From Balanoglossus misakiensis (Eukaryota; Animalia; Hemichordata): a stretch of 64,000 nt of DNA. The notes beneath the pieces were generated by a model. It was not told the origin of the DNA and searched no databases. It saw only the letters and a list, made by a program, of their open reading frames with translations. Positions within the stretch are counted from its first letter, which is position 1; each line of letters begins with the position of its first letter. Below, piece after piece: positions 1 through 14,224 of this stretch. Position numbers and translations under genes: made by a program. The stretch covers positions 1,229,882-1,293,881 of the forward strand of contig CM082591.2 of the NCBI GenBank assembly GCA_040954595.2, written 5' to 3'.

Positions 1-3000
1 ACTAGACCCATGCACATGATTACATAATAAAAATGGCAGTGAAATGTCACGAAAAAGGTCGCACAATAGGTTATGTTCCCTTGATAAGAAATAAATCAAT
101 ATCCCATAATATACTCTGCCAGGGGGCATCTGGTGTTGATGTTTTTGTCTATGAATTTTGTTTTCTGTGCGCGTCAATACTATACTAATTACAGTGACTG
201 TAGAAAGAGATATTTGTATTGACATATTGGATAAGAATCACCATGTTCTGCCGATATGTAATGTTTATAAAGTCAGAGAGAGTCGAGAATACTATTTCCA
301 TGAAAGGCCAATTGATTTTAATGATCTTAAATTAGAATTGCCTTTAGATGAATATTCAGTCTCAAAACAAATATGGCGTCTTTATGTGGCTTTTTCTGCT
401 CATTTTGCACCCCTTTTAAATTCTGAATTAAATTATTCAAAAGCAAAACAAACAAGTAATTATAGAGCTGCATACATATATATATATCAGTGAACATGGT
501 CATCTTGCACTGATCAGTTGTGAATGTTTTCTGTTCAGCTATGACGCGTTATTTCGACTTTCAGTGCAATCCGAACCAATAAAACAATAACACGTAGCAA
601 ACGATGCCCACACAAGCCGACACAAAGATATAGATGCAAGTTCGATGTGAAACATCTGTTTAGGGTCAGGTGAAGATTTAATATGAAAGGATTTGGTGAT
701 AATGAGAATGATTCCTTCCGATTAGATAAAATGCTGGCAATCGTGACCTGACGATAGAAACAAGTTGAATGTGTTCATCTCCTACTGTTACTTTACACCA
801 TCTTGCAAGTACCGCATTGACATTTCCATTTATAATCGATGCGATGGACTGGGGAAAAATCAATGCCATTAACAATGTGACACTGGGTGACGCGTCGCTT
901 AGGTTTGAGATAAACAAGCTGGGTGCCTGGCTTCGTGAAAATACAGGGCTGTGCTGTGATTCTGTGCAAACAGACAAAAGTCACTCTCGCAAGGAAAAGC
1001 GGCTCTACGCTCAAACCCGTTTTCATCTCACAATAACAAGGCAGGCACCTTTATCTTAACAATGACAATCAAATGTGTGAAAAATTAATCACATGTCACG
1101 TTTGACTTTGAAAAAACATGTTTGGGCTCAGACTCCAAGTATGTATAATTTCAGAAAGGGTCTCATCCATGGTAGTCAAACCAGACGCATATTCATGAGA
1201 CATGAGGAGTGCGTAAATTCCAAATGTAGCCAGATTTATAACACGTTCAAAGCGATATCAATTTAAATATGCAAATAATGCATGGAATCTATTTGCATAA
1301 AACATGCTATTCAAATCTCTTTCACATCACATATTATTCAAAATGGAAGAAGAAAATACAGACAGAGTCTCATTAGAGGGGAGAATGTTTATTCGCTTCT
1401 GTGTTGATATCACTTCCAAAATCTGCAGCTCATTACGGATGGAAAATACTGCTTTATCGAGGGAGAGGCTTACAGAATGCTGCGGGTATCTTTCTATCAA
1501 CGTTTCGCTCTATCAATTAACCGTGCCTTAGAAAAGATCATGCATAAACGTGTATCACTCGCGGTTATGTTTGAATTTTCGCAGCCGAATAAAAGAACAA
1601 ATGACGTTTTACAAGATTTCTGCAAAGTCGGTCCACGTGGAGAAACATGAATCTTTTTGAAAGGTGCCGCATTGCAATGTAGCAGTTAACAAGTGCTTGG
1701 CGACCCAGGCCTGGAAAGGTCATTTCAATTTGATTATGAAACAGATTGATATGAAATTGTTACAAGACACGCCAATGAATAGAAATTCGTCAATCAATTT
1801 TTAAACCCACAGGAATTTCTCATCTCCTTTTGAAATCGGGTCTTAAATAAAACTTTACAAAGTTCGATACTCAAATGCCATCAGGCAAAGTTTTGCCATT
1901 TCCTGTTGAATTTTTTACGTCCTCTTCCTTAGTACTACTGCAAGTTCCAGTTTGAAAGATGGTCTACATATGGTTTTACTTGGAATGAAAACAAGGAATA
2001 TAATATATGTCAGTGGTCGACATTTTTCCTCTAAAGGTTATGTTTAACGTTAATGCGAATGTTAAAGACACACCAGCTTGGAGGCAATTTGTTTCTCAGA
2101 CTTCCTCTGCAAACGTACGAGTATCAGGTGACAGAAATACTGTTTAACAAACAGTAACGAAAAGTTTCAGCAAATACATATGTGCGCGTGAATGTTCAAT
2201 GATTGCTCTATGCACTGTGAAAATGCCTCGAGTACTGCATGAATATGTCATGTAACGGCCAATTCCTGCTATGGGTATTTCTTGTGACGTTCCTATCGAA
2301 ATTCAATCTCTTAATGGTGAAATTTGTTTTTCCTTTATGAATGTCAATCCACCAAGGCTTCCAATTTAATAGAGAAAATAGATATACTCTTTAAAACACG
2401 TCATTCCTATCAAGTTGGTATATTTCCAATTCACAAGGACAGTGGCCTCTTAAAATGTTTGCCTAGCTGCAACTGCAGCTCCAGTTCGATGGTATGGATG
2501 AGTATTAAAACATGTTACATGATACGCCCGTAATGACGCCAATATTAAATGTTTCCCTTTCATCAAGAAATCATATGCATGAAACTCATTTCAATATGAA
2601 TAGGCACATACTCCTACAACGGCGCGACAGAATTGAGATCGTATTTTAATTGTTTCACAGTAAATAGGTGAGTTGAATACAATTTATTGTAAAGGAGGTT
2701 TTTATGATCTTAACGCAAATCAAACAAATTGATAATTTCCATCAGTAAGGTCATTTGCTGTGTAAAAACCACATAAGAGTCTTACAAAAACGTCTATATC
2801 ATAACAATGCTACTTTCATTACTAAAGAATCACCCACGTTGAGATAATGTCACCACTTAACAGGACATGCCTATTTGCTAAAATGTCAAAAAACTCTGGT
2901 AGATTATTAAAATTGGCATGAACTAAGCAGATGAGCACAAGAATTTGTCCAACATTCTACAAAAAGAGAAGACACACACAGAATCCGTTCAAAGTGGAAG

Positions 3001-6000
3001 TCAATCGATGAACATGCTTCCTCATATCAGGGGAAATTGACCACATTTCATCTAACATTTTTTGCAAATGAAATCAAGAGTTTATTACATTGTTTCTCAA
3101 TTAGTAACGTCATCGAATTTTGATGTCTTGCGAATGTGAATACCACGTCCAGCAGTGAAATATCATCTAATGAAACTAATGACATTTTGAAACATCGAGT
3201 ACTACCCGTTAACAGACAAATCAATCAATATTTTGTCAAATTGATACTTTGCACTATCAGTTTACCTTTACCTTTTAAATGTGGCTTGTAATTCCCATTA
3301 GGTGAACGACAGACTCGTCCCAAATCAATGATTGCGAATTGATGTCCAAAATGGGGTCCCCTGACATGGTTGTGAGATTTTAAAATCAGATTCAATGTGA
3401 TAATTAGGTGATAAGACCCGTTTGGGGGCAATTAGAAACCAACCATGCAATTTTGCATAAGCCGCTCAGTCTTTAATAGATTAGGCATTCAACTCGACAA
3501 TATTTGTTGTCAAAGCGCCCATTACAGTATTTCAGAAAACTCACGTCTGTTCCAATCATCACATTTATTGTTTTCACAAATGTTCTCATCAAGTGAATAT
3601 ATCTCCTGGTCCAAAGAGACCTAACTTTTGTGAAAAAGTAAACTTCAAGGATTTCTCTTATGTCTGAAAGCAAATTGACTGGTGTGTTATGAGTTATAAA
3701 ATTTACTTATATGATAACTATGAAGTGATTGCCAGTGATTGCCAGGGTTTTACTTTCCTGTGGGGCTTAAACTCTTGCATTACATACCTTCTCTCAAATC
3801 TTATTATTAAACTTTTATTCGCCTAAAGTGTCTGGTTCACACTTTGTAAAATCTGTTAAACATGTCCATGCACGGTTCAGCGGCTGCCATTTGTCCCATT
3901 TGATTGTGAGCTAACGATATAGAATCGATAAAACCAGGTCGTAGCCCAGGAAAGACTACTCAACTTGAAATGTCGAAGTTCTGTGTGGATAGCACTGAGT
4001 TTATTCTACATGCGGAATACCATCTTGAGAGCCCACAATGAACTCGCATTGTTAATTTGTGCATAATTGCGTTTGGCGATTTTCTTCAACGGTTTTCTCT
4101 GAAAAGAGAATGCCCGGCCCCATCAAGAATTGGACGCCGGCGCATCTCTCTGAGAATTGCAACAACGGGGCTCAAATTATGCAAATTATCGGAACATATA
4201 GAGTTGTTTTCCTCAAAGGTTAGCAATGCGTTGTAATCGATACACATCGCTGTCGCTATTCACGCAAATATTCCCGCCCTTGTTGACTACACAACTCTTA
4301 AAGCAGAGTTACTCGATAACTATTGATTTAAGGGCCCTCTTTCATTATCCCCGTCGATTCGGGTACAGATATTCTCGGTTTAGATGTAAATTTATTGAAA
4401 AAATCATATAATCGAATTCTGGCAATAAAAATAACTTATATGAGACTCTCCATGGCTCCATTGTCAACCAGTCGTGTCGACGGATCATATTGATATGTGT
4501 TGTGTTTTTCCCATCTTCTTAGCGCCAAAATAACCGAAATGACTATTAATTTTCATTTGATTATCTCGTTTATCTACTAGAATGTGAAAAAAAATCTTGC
4601 ACACTGGGGCTGAAAAATCTATACAGGTAAATGTTTCTTTTGCATTGACCGAAGTTTTCGATCGACTCTGTTTTTGAGTTAAGAATCGCCGATGCTTATC
4701 GCTGTGCTATCATGTTAAGTTTCGAACAGAGTGTGGTTTCACAGACAATGCAGCGCTGTAGCGATACACGTCATCCAATAATCCGGCCTAAACAACTAAA
4801 TAGTTTGAATTATATAAAGAATTTTGGATTAAATTTGTTTCGATTAATCAAACAAGCTTTCTGGTGTCGCACATACTGACGTCACATTTAATATAAAGTG
4901 AGAAAGCTGTTTTGAAATCTTTTGATGCAATCTGTGGTTAAACTATCGATGTTTCCGGCTACATTTACAAATCATTTCCTTCCTGCCCAGACTTCAAACT
5001 TCTCTCTTGTTGACAGTATATCAGCGCGACATTAAAAGTTTTGCTATACAGTCTCAGACGCCCCCGGGGAGAACAATCAATTAGGCACCCATGATACGAG
5101 CGATCAGGTATTTCAAGGATTGGCTTGTGAACCCGAACTGTGACATCCGGGATATTAAGCCTTGCGCGTGTAAGGACAAAGAGATTCCTGTCGTGATGTA
5201 ACAAATCATTCACATTGTACAAAAAATATGCCTCGTTGAAATTTTCTTTCCAATTCAAAACGTTTCCCTAAATAAGATTTCATCAGCCTTATACAGGCAA
5301 GTAGTATGATATCTCTTCCTTTTTTGAGGTGGATGTCTTGCATCAAATAAAAGCACAGTCAAAGTATGGATGATATGATTACTCATTGGGACAAGTCTCA
5401 TCTCTTTTGATAACTTGATTTAACAATCATGACAGCGGTGAAATATTGATAGCTTTCTTAATTACAGATATGGATGAGACATTTGGATAAATGGTGCACA
5501 TATTGTCTAAATAATCACTTCCAGTAAAGAAGACCTCAAAATCCACTAAATACGTTTTCTTGTTTGGTGGTAATCTCTTGTCCGATTCCATCTATTTGAA
5601 TTGAAATCTTGTGGCTTTTAGTGGTAATTTTTGTCTATTAATCGTTTTATTGCTCTCAAACGATCACCTTATACTCAAATGGTTTTATACAATATCATGA
5701 CTAACTCTGTAGAAAAGCCTACTAATATCAGAAACCTCACCGAAATTTGTGACTGATTACAGTAGATGTAATTCTTTTCTTCGAGTCAGATGATTTGTTT
5801 TACAAATGTTGATGGGTACAGATAGTCATCTATACAATTTGGGAAATGTCTGTTTTTAGCGATTATAAGTTCAATTGGTTTGAATTCATTTCTTTGACAG
5901 GCGCGTTGAAAACAGCTACACATATAGCTAGTAACATATTTTCCCATTTCATTAGAGTCACCGCATTTAAACAAAAACGATTTCCCAGTGCGGGAAATGT

Positions 6001-7286
6001 TTGTAGTTTTCGAGACAGATCATTCCGACTCCACTCCCCATTGTTTTCTTCTGTTCGGTTCTTTGTATTTTTCCCCGGCAGACTATAGTTAACACTTCAT
6101 GTGGCTTGCTGAAAAAATGTCGGCACAATCACAACGAGCAGATACATCTGAAGAACACAAACTTGTTATTTCTGGTATATATGTAATATAACTACTTCTT
6201 TGCCTAGCATGATCTCGGGTATCTTAGTGAGAAAGGTAGTTTCGTACACTGGTTCAAAAGCCTGATCGTGACGAGGCAAATAGAGAGCTTTTTAGAGCAG
6301 ATGACAACATCACGACCCATTGTTCTTTAATTTGAATACGACCAATGATACTCCAGTGAATAGACCCGAAACTCAAAGAACACGGCACGATTCTATGATT
6401 TGAGGAACATTATTCACTGGCTGCGAAGAAAAAAACCCACACGCGATAAAACGTCACCGAAAACGTGAATGGCGGCAACTCGACAATGGGCAATCGTTAA
6501 CGAAGACGATAACGAGTTCACAATTTTTTGAAATTCTGATACAGCATATCTTTGGCGCATTTCCCATGTACGTCTCTACTTCAAATCTGTGTCGGCTTCT
6601 TTGATCTCTCACCTATTTTCCGTTTAAATTTATCACCTGGTCCAACGGTTTTAGCTCTCCTTGCATCACTGTCCATTAAAAGTTATGATACTGTTTTTTG
6701 GTTTGTGCGCCCATCTGTCACCGAAAATACCGTTATCTACACAACCCTACATTCAACTATATTTGATGGACTGCGATTTTCAAAATTCAACATTTTCAAG
6801 TGCGAGGAAGAAATTTACACTTTCGACTGGCTATGTCTGGTCATTAGAGCTGATACCTTTTTCAATTTATCCCAGAGGTGGTGATCAACATTCAAAACGT
6901 ATGCATCAAATCCCTGTTTAAAGCATGACATATCATTTTGTGGTTTCTGTGAAGACTCGATTCATATTCAAATGTGAGATCAGTGCTCAGCCACAGATCA
7001 CGTCTTTTCTAGATTTTAATAAGACCAATTATCCATTTTTGCATAATTCATGAGGTAAAGTCGGTCACCTGTCACAGAATCGGTGTCACTCCAAAGCTCT
7101 CACTTTCTGTAGATCAGAATTTTGTAAAAATGAGTAAACTTACTCGAATATTTGCGGTTGAAAGAAATGCAGTTGGTGTTCAAGATTTTGCCTTGAACTG
7201 CGAACTTCAAAACTAACAATTTCAAGTTCCACGTACAACTTTCAAGAGGTGTAGTGCACAGCATGAAAAAACGTGAGCAACGGAAT

Positions 7287-7607
7287 ACCACTAGTTCATG
7301 CCTCGGGGAAAGATTTGCAGAAAAAATGATAGTCCGAGCCCAAACCTCTTGATTCTCTGATAAATTCAAGTTTGTAGGGAGTCTTCTTCTAAGCAATGCA
7401 GAAAACAGGGTGTTCACAGTCTTGTTTTCATAAAATTTGATACTTTAAATTATCTCCATAGAGGTAACACAAGACTTGCGGCCATTTTGAATTTCAAATT
7501 TATGAGAAGTTTGCACTCTTATTCAGAATTTCACAAATTTATCCTTAATTTTAAGAGAAAATGTTAGAATAACTTGAAGACTGATTTTCGAGGTGCATAC
7601 TACCTTA
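7287..7607. repeat. Dispersed ~330-bp repeat (putative non-autonomous DNA transposon/MITE), copy 1
   Basis: Colinear by eye with 14225-14563: atgcctcggggaaagatttgcagaaaaa ... catagaggtaacac ... ccattttgaatttcaaa ... gattttcgaggtgcatactacctta. It shares its right end with 26450-26549. Confidence 0.6.
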
Positions 7608-9780
7608 GATTATAAAGCGATAGAAATCTCATACAGGAACATGCAAATCCTCTTTGGATGTTGGTTGTCAGTTTGTCGCTGTTTGTCGTGGTGATATACG
7701 ATATGGCTTTGCAGTAGAATTTTAATAAGAAACATCTTTGTATCAATCGATGCCTATCACGATTATCAATATATTCTTTCTTCGAGTGAAATGATACACT
7801 CCAACAAAGATAATTAAAATGAGCGCCAACAGCGCAATGCACCGATAAAGTTACTTCACGAAAGAGAAGCTCAAAAACATGCATTCATACGAGGATGTAA
7901 ATTTAATATGGAAAAAGAAACATAAGAACAAACACTGTTTTGTTTTTACTTTAAGAAGGAACAGCATTTTTAGAAAAACAACATGAAACTTTTTTCCCTA
8001 TAACAACCCACCTTATATCTAGGTTCTGTAAATGAAGAAGGAAAATTTTCTGTGTGATTTCTTTTGTTGTAAAATTCTATCCATTAGAGCGTCCAAGGGT
8101 GACGTTTTGTCACCAGGTGTTACATCATGCACAAAAGGGCGCGATAACATTTGTGTGAACGACGTTTAACGCTGGCTAGACTGCAACACTGAATTCTAAT
8201 GCACCGATAAGACATAGTTTGTTTGTTTTTCATCAAGAGATATCGATTTTTTGAAGAACGAAAAGTAGAAATGTTAATTTACTAGAGATTCTGTTCTGAA
8301 ACTAGAAAATCAAAAGACCATGTAAAAGATAATGATTAAATGAGACAAGGTGAGGTGTATTTATGAATAAAACACTGAATGAAACCTCAAAACCTCGACC
8401 ACTAGAATTTCAATTAACCGAATCTCCTGTTCTGTAAATTTCATGCGTGCTAAAAGTAACAAGAGTCAGTTTCACAATCGCTGTGTCGTTGAATTTGATA
8501 AGAATCGTTATTCGACAGTTCATTAGGTACGGCATCACCAACTCGTGACTTTCATTTTTTTCTTTTAAAGTGTTTTCAAAATCCAGAGTTTTATATTCTT
8601 GTGAATGATATTTCCAAACTTCTAGGACGTCCTCATCACAGATATGAGGAAGAAAGATTTCACACGCATTATCAGAGTAATCCGCTGAATTTTTCTTCCG
8701 ATAAATAAGCTTTCCCGCCATGAAAAGGAAGAGTAAAAACTGATCTGCCAGTGATTTGGAATTCAACAAAGAAGTTTCCCTCACAGTAGAATGTAATCTG
8801 TGATTGGAAATTAATACCAGATCGATTTTGATTTCCGTTTCCTGGTGGTTTCATCGCAAACTGGATTAACTTTTATTCTCTCACTGCAAGATTCTGTGCG
8901 CTATATTTAGAATGGCAAATTCTATACGAAGAGAATAAGGATTATAGAAAGTTTTCATTACTTGTTGAAAGCTTTGATTTAACTTTTTTATTAGGATTAT
9001 GTTCGGTTGTTGTTTGAATCACTCTGGTCCGTCGAAGTGAAGTGACTACATCCCCCGCCCACAGATAGAAGCGAGAAACATTCGCAAAGAATTCTTCTGA
9101 CTGTGCTGACAATTGTACCGAAAGACAACCAAGAACTTTATGTTTCTTTCTCGAGGACCCACTTACTCGATATCAACGATATTGCTTATCATTGTCGTCC
9201 TGGCGAGATGAAAGATGCGTCCGAACCTCTTAACAAAGCACGGAATATTAACGAAAAGCATGCGCGCATTGTGTTGTCATGGTTTTCAGAAACACGGTCC
9301 TCTAATGTAAAATGCAAAAATGGGCCTTTTTGCAAAAGATTTTATAGCAAGTTTTATTGGACTAATTTTCTTGTATCCTCTGCCTGCCCGTTGCGTCGTC
9401 ATTAGTTCTCGCGTGGTACAAAGAAGGAAGAAATCATTAAGGCTGGTCGAAACGAAGCCTTCTTCTCGTCGATTTGCCGATTCATCGCAAAACACTTACC
9501 AGGCTTCAGATCATGTCAAGCAAGCCAATCGATGTTTGAGACAGAAAAAAAATCTCCTGTTCCACTCAGGCAATTAGAGAAGTGCAGCTTTCAGGTCTGG
9601 AGATTGTGACTCTTACATGGGCTCTGAGATTGACAAGGGGATTGGCAACACAAAAGACATTGTTTGAAAAAAGAATATGCCGTCACTCTCCATACAAAAC
9701 GTCACGAAACAACCAAAATAGCACGGTTTACAAGACAGGGAACAGAATAATAGGTATTTTAGTAAGAATGACGAACTCAC

Positions 9781-10273
9781 CATTTAAATCGTACACTTGA
9801 AATAGTTTGTCTAATAGTTCATTTGCGTTGCTATCTTCACCCAGATCTGCGTTAATCAAGTCGTTATCTTCCAATTCTTCACGTTTTCCGAAGTACGCTA
9901 GTCTACTCGAGGGGACACCAAATTTGCGTCTCTTGCCGGCGGTCTGTTCGCTTTCCTTTCTCTTGCCGAACACGGTTTTGCCAGGTGGTCGGGTTCTTCC
10001 ACGTCGTGCCCATCTGGTATAAACTTCACCGTCATCGCCATCGTCAACATCGGTTCGCTTTCCGAAGCCTGCGTAGCGAACTGACGGCGTCAGTCGTCTT
10101 CTTGGGCTCCGCTTGTCCACATCTTCACCCTCGATGAAGTCAGAAATCAGGTTTTCCGCGGCCTGAATATCCGGTTTTGCATTTTCAAGATTATTAAAGT
10201 TTTCTTCGTCCGCCGAAAGTGAGCAGTGAATGCAGATGGCAAATGCCACCAGAATCAAAGAATGAAAGTTCAT
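9781..10273 (-). CDS. Neuropeptide precursor, main coding exon (three predicted Phe-amide peptides; C-terminal exon unresolved)
   Basis: ATG at 10273 gives a signal peptide MNFHSLILVAFAICIHCSLS and acidic spacers. Three peptides end in F-G-K-R: SPRRRLTPSVRYAGF-GKR (10064-10108), RR-GRTRPPGKTVF-GKR (9968-10000) and KR-RKFGVPSSRLAYF-GKR (9890-9928). Acceptor tttctctgcag starts the exon at 10331. A phase-1 donor G|gtgagt at 9781/9780 follows LFQVYDLN. Confidence 0.9.
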
Positions 10274-10478
10274 CTCGCGGATCTGTCCTTTTGAAAGTTG
10301 TACCACTGCAAATGCCTTGAGATCACTACTTCTGCAGAGAAACAGAAGGCCAAGAAGTTAGTGAGACATGAAATAAATGGAAAGCAATTATAGATGAGGA
10401 AACAAGGCCAAGGTGCTGACTGACTACTATGTAACAGAAGGGCCAAAAACACAAATACTTTAATACAAAGCATCTTAC

Positions 10479-10660
10479 CTACTTGCCTTCCTTGAGCAAA
10501 TTGAAAGTACCCGGATGCAAAGTTGATCGTCGCACAGAGGTTTTGTGGCTTGGTCTCGCGCTCACTCCTGTTACTCAGTGGGTTATATTGTCCTCATCAC
10601 CCACGCACTTATTGACAGGCCCGGCAACCTACGATCTACATCCGCGCATGCAAATGAGCG
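10479..10660 (-). promoter_or_regulatory. Putative promoter and non-coding first exon of the neuropeptide gene
   Basis: On the minus strand there is a donor AG|gtaagat at 10479/10478, TATAA at 10583-10587 and an octamer ATGCAAAT at 10648-10655. The region is locally richer in CpG. Confidence 0.5.
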
Positions 10661-12484
10661 TTTCCAGGACGACGTGTAATTGACAGCCGACGAATTGTGC
10701 GAAATTGTTCGACGGTTTCGATAAGTTGCCTGTCTCACCCAACAACGGCACTAACGAAGCTCGTCTCAGCATGTTCATGTCAAAATTAGGCCGAAATAAA
10801 CAACGGCTTCAAATGGAACATTGAGAAAACTCCCCTCTTTGTTACATGTGTGACCAATTTTCATCTTTCCTTGTCGTCATGGATAGTTATCTTCCCAGAT
10901 TTGATTGGCTGGTTGGGAATCGACAGTGCATAATGAGAAATGGGCGTGGCCTGTTTTGACGAGTGCATTGTGAAAATCAATTTTGTCTCAGTGGTGTATT
11001 CGTTAATGAAAAGCAATGATTCATGTATTTCGATTTCTATATCTATACTGACCCCTAGAGAGAAGAAGTTAACACAGCTGATTATTGTACAAAGATACCA
11101 CACGAGCCAAAGAAAATGGCTTTCTCTGCAATGAATCTCAAGCATATTGGCTTCTCGGAGATCTATAAGACAGTGAACACAAATGTTCATGATATTCATG
11201 ACCATTGTATACGTATCTTGAGAACCGCCTGACATTATTAGCATTATCAAATTGAAAGAGTATGGTACATTCAATGGGAATAGTCACCAATGAGTGAGAT
11301 TTTGATTTTTGTTTTCTTTGTAAAGATATTCTGTTGCTTGCCTTACTTAAACATTGTGAAACGTCGATCAGTTGAGCTTGAGCATATCAGATTTGTTCTG
11401 AAATATTGTTATGCCTGGTATATGCCTAATAACATTTGTTGTTTCTGCTGTTGTTGTTGTTGACAAATGAATTGAGGTTCTGACTAGACTTTGGTTATGG
11501 GAGAACTGTTTGTATTTTTTCTAGACAAAAAAGCAGTGGCAATACTTTCAAGATTTCTCAAGTATTAGTATCTATTATTCATGACTGAGCCACTGTTCAG
11601 CCACAACGGTATAATCTGTTAGGCTGTGTTGTAATATAATGTAAGAAACAGGCGATAACGTGACGCTAGCGGGAAGAGACTTGATATTTCCGGTGAAGTG
11701 TGCCAAGCGTACGTGGAAGCCCCGAGGGAGACTTGGGTTGAATCCGGCTTGGATAAAGCATGGTGGTGAATAGTGTATTGTAAAGTTTAATTGACAAGTG
11801 TGTAAAGGGGTAAACGACAAAGTCAAAGATCAGATGGTTCATCACATATGGTGAAAATCTTTTCGATGAATTTAGTAGATTTAAAACTGGAACGTGGGGA
11901 AAGTCGTGGAGGGATTTTGCTTGCATGAAGACATTCAAAATGGATTGTTGAGGTAGCGGTGGCCGTCTTAAAGGCTGTTGGGTAGTTATATGTACCGGGT
12001 AGGTAGACAGAGTTGGGAGAAGGTGGAGAGAATGAGGAGAAGTGACTGTTTTCTTCATGAAGTAATAATATATGTGTACCAAAAACTAGAACAAGTGGAA
12101 CTTCTGAAGTACACGCAGTAGTTTCAGGCTTGCGTCATTTGTCGCCTTGTTTTTGTGACCCCGGGGGGATCCTCAGTGTCCCGGATGTAGTCGTCGACTC
12201 TCAAACTCCTAATGAACACCCACATGGAATTGCCTGCAGCTATTTGAATAATTGAAAATATTTCCCGCAAACTTGGATCAATCTTAGTCCTACGTACAGT
12301 ATTAACATTTATTTAGCCATTCAGTTCTCGGTTTAGTTGTGCTTAGGTGAGAAATTCTGCAAGTCTCTTTGACTTAACAGGCAGAAAGTAAGCAAATTCT
12401 CAAGTTGATGGCGAAATCAGTTGCTATAACTTGCTACCATATCTACTGATCATTTATCCTGTGGAAATATTAAAACAAGTCTCA

Positions 12485-12485
<1 letters not shown>

Positions 12486-12514
<29 letters not shown>
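12486..12514. repeat. (TCTG)n/(TC)n microsatellite
   Basis: tctgtctgtctgtctgtctgtctctctctc, read directly. Confidence 0.85.
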
Positions 12515-12515
<1 letters not shown>

Positions 12516-14224
12516 TGTTGACAGTCATTAATTCCGTCTCATTTTCAAAAGAAATTGATACTTGTGAGAAGAAACACAAAAAAGAAATGTAGTGGTTCAC
12601 ATCTTCATTCCATCAGACAAAAAAGGAGAGAGAAGAGAAGAACTGATTTTCAAAGCACGGTTTCATGTCACACATGGCGATAATCCATTCTCGTGATAAC
12701 GTGAAAATCCGCAACTTGGGAACCATTTCCGACTTAATCTGTTCCCCAGTGTTACAATATACTTAGCCGCTTGTTCCGTCCTCAGTCACTTCGGAGAACT
12801 AAAGAAATCTGCCACGACGTGCTTATGGCATACTCAAATCGTCTGGCCTTCGTCTGATGAATTTCCGATCAATTTCGACACTGAGGATCTGTCTTGATTT
12901 AGGGGCGGACTTTAGTTCATCTTGTCAATTATTATGGAGGGAGAATCAGAGAACACACCCATCCACAACTGCTATGGACATATGGGAACACTGAGTTGTT
13001 TCCATGACGGCTGAAGTGTCTCGTTCTTAAACGATTTTCATGAGTTTCATGTAATACGTCTCAAGTTGATTTTTAAATGAGAAAACAGGACACTTCAAAG
13101 CAAGTGCCATATTCAAACATAAGGTCATTTTCCCTGCAAATGTGACAATTATATGAAAGAAGTTCCCCACTTTGGTTTATCAGAGATTGACTCTGTTCAG
13201 TGTGCCTGCATTCGGTAGTGTATACTCTGTTATCCTCCGTCACCGCATGCGACGAGTGGTCTAAAAGTCTTGTTCTAAAACCCCGGAGGGTAATGGCAAA
13301 GTATCGACCAGCAAACACACCCATGAGACGCAATTAACCTTGGTTGCAAAACCTGTGTCGGCCGCGCAGAAGGCGGTTTGGACGACGTGCATGAAATTGT
13401 TGAGGGTGCCTCGGTATATGTTCATACTGTGACATTCTCGAAGTGCAGTTATCATCCACGTATGCTATATGTTTGAAATGTCACTGCATATTATATTGCC
13501 CAAGGACTTAAGTCATTGAGCACAATCTTCAAAGAAAGCATTTCATTGCAGATTATTATCCAACCACTTCTGGTCCAGTTCAAAAATGATATAACTGAAA
13601 CGATTTCTGAGAGTTCACTATTGCTACCGTCCACTTATTCAGTTTCTTTTATATAACATAATTCTGCACCTAATATGAATAATCAGCATTTCTCGTCACC
13701 CAGAAGGTGAAACAAAACTCGTACATGGAGCTGTTAGTAGTTTTCAGTTTAAAATGCAAAATATATGCTTCAGTTTGTCTCTGAGCATTTTAACATTCCG
13801 TAAAATGCTGTTTTAATAGTTGAATTGCATAATTTTTATTTGAGAAAACATTCGGTGTACACTTTATCATCTGTAGGCATATTTCCTTGCAGCGAACGTT
13901 GTCGTGTTAGCAACGGTTACTGTACGCAATGGAAGCTGGTACTTTCAATACAGACCTAATCAATTTCTGTGTAGCGTTGATCAGTAGTTGGTCATTATGT
14001 ATTTTTATTTCCACATCATGACTTGTAAATGTGTATATTTTCCGGCTAAATTGACTAAACAAGGTGGTCTCCACTCATGGTTTGAAATTAGTAAGCTATA
14101 GCAATATCTCGTTGGATCTGGTTTTCATAAAAGACATATTCCCGGTATGTTTTGTTAATCACCACCCTTTGTCAATTGTAAGACTCATAATGGCAATTTC
14201 CATATTGCAGCGTGAAGTTGCATT

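Noticed and set aside
1269-1298. Inverted pair of octamer motifs (ATGCAAAT / ATTTGCAT)
   Set aside because: The octamer recurs throughout this AT-rich window with no clear clustering at one gene, so function cannot be supported.
1-9400. Many short ORFs (60-124 aa) in the first 9 kb
   Set aside because: No recognisable motifs and no consistent exon chain. They are likely intergenic or intronic/UTR sequence of the neuropeptide gene. Candidate acceptors near 9200, 7070, 6420 and 6148 could not be tied to a convincing reading frame.
11575-13460. GC-richer patches and ORFs 11666-12082 and 13073-13455
   Set aside because: No transposase, RT or other domain recognised. They may be decayed repeat sequence, but I cannot support a call.
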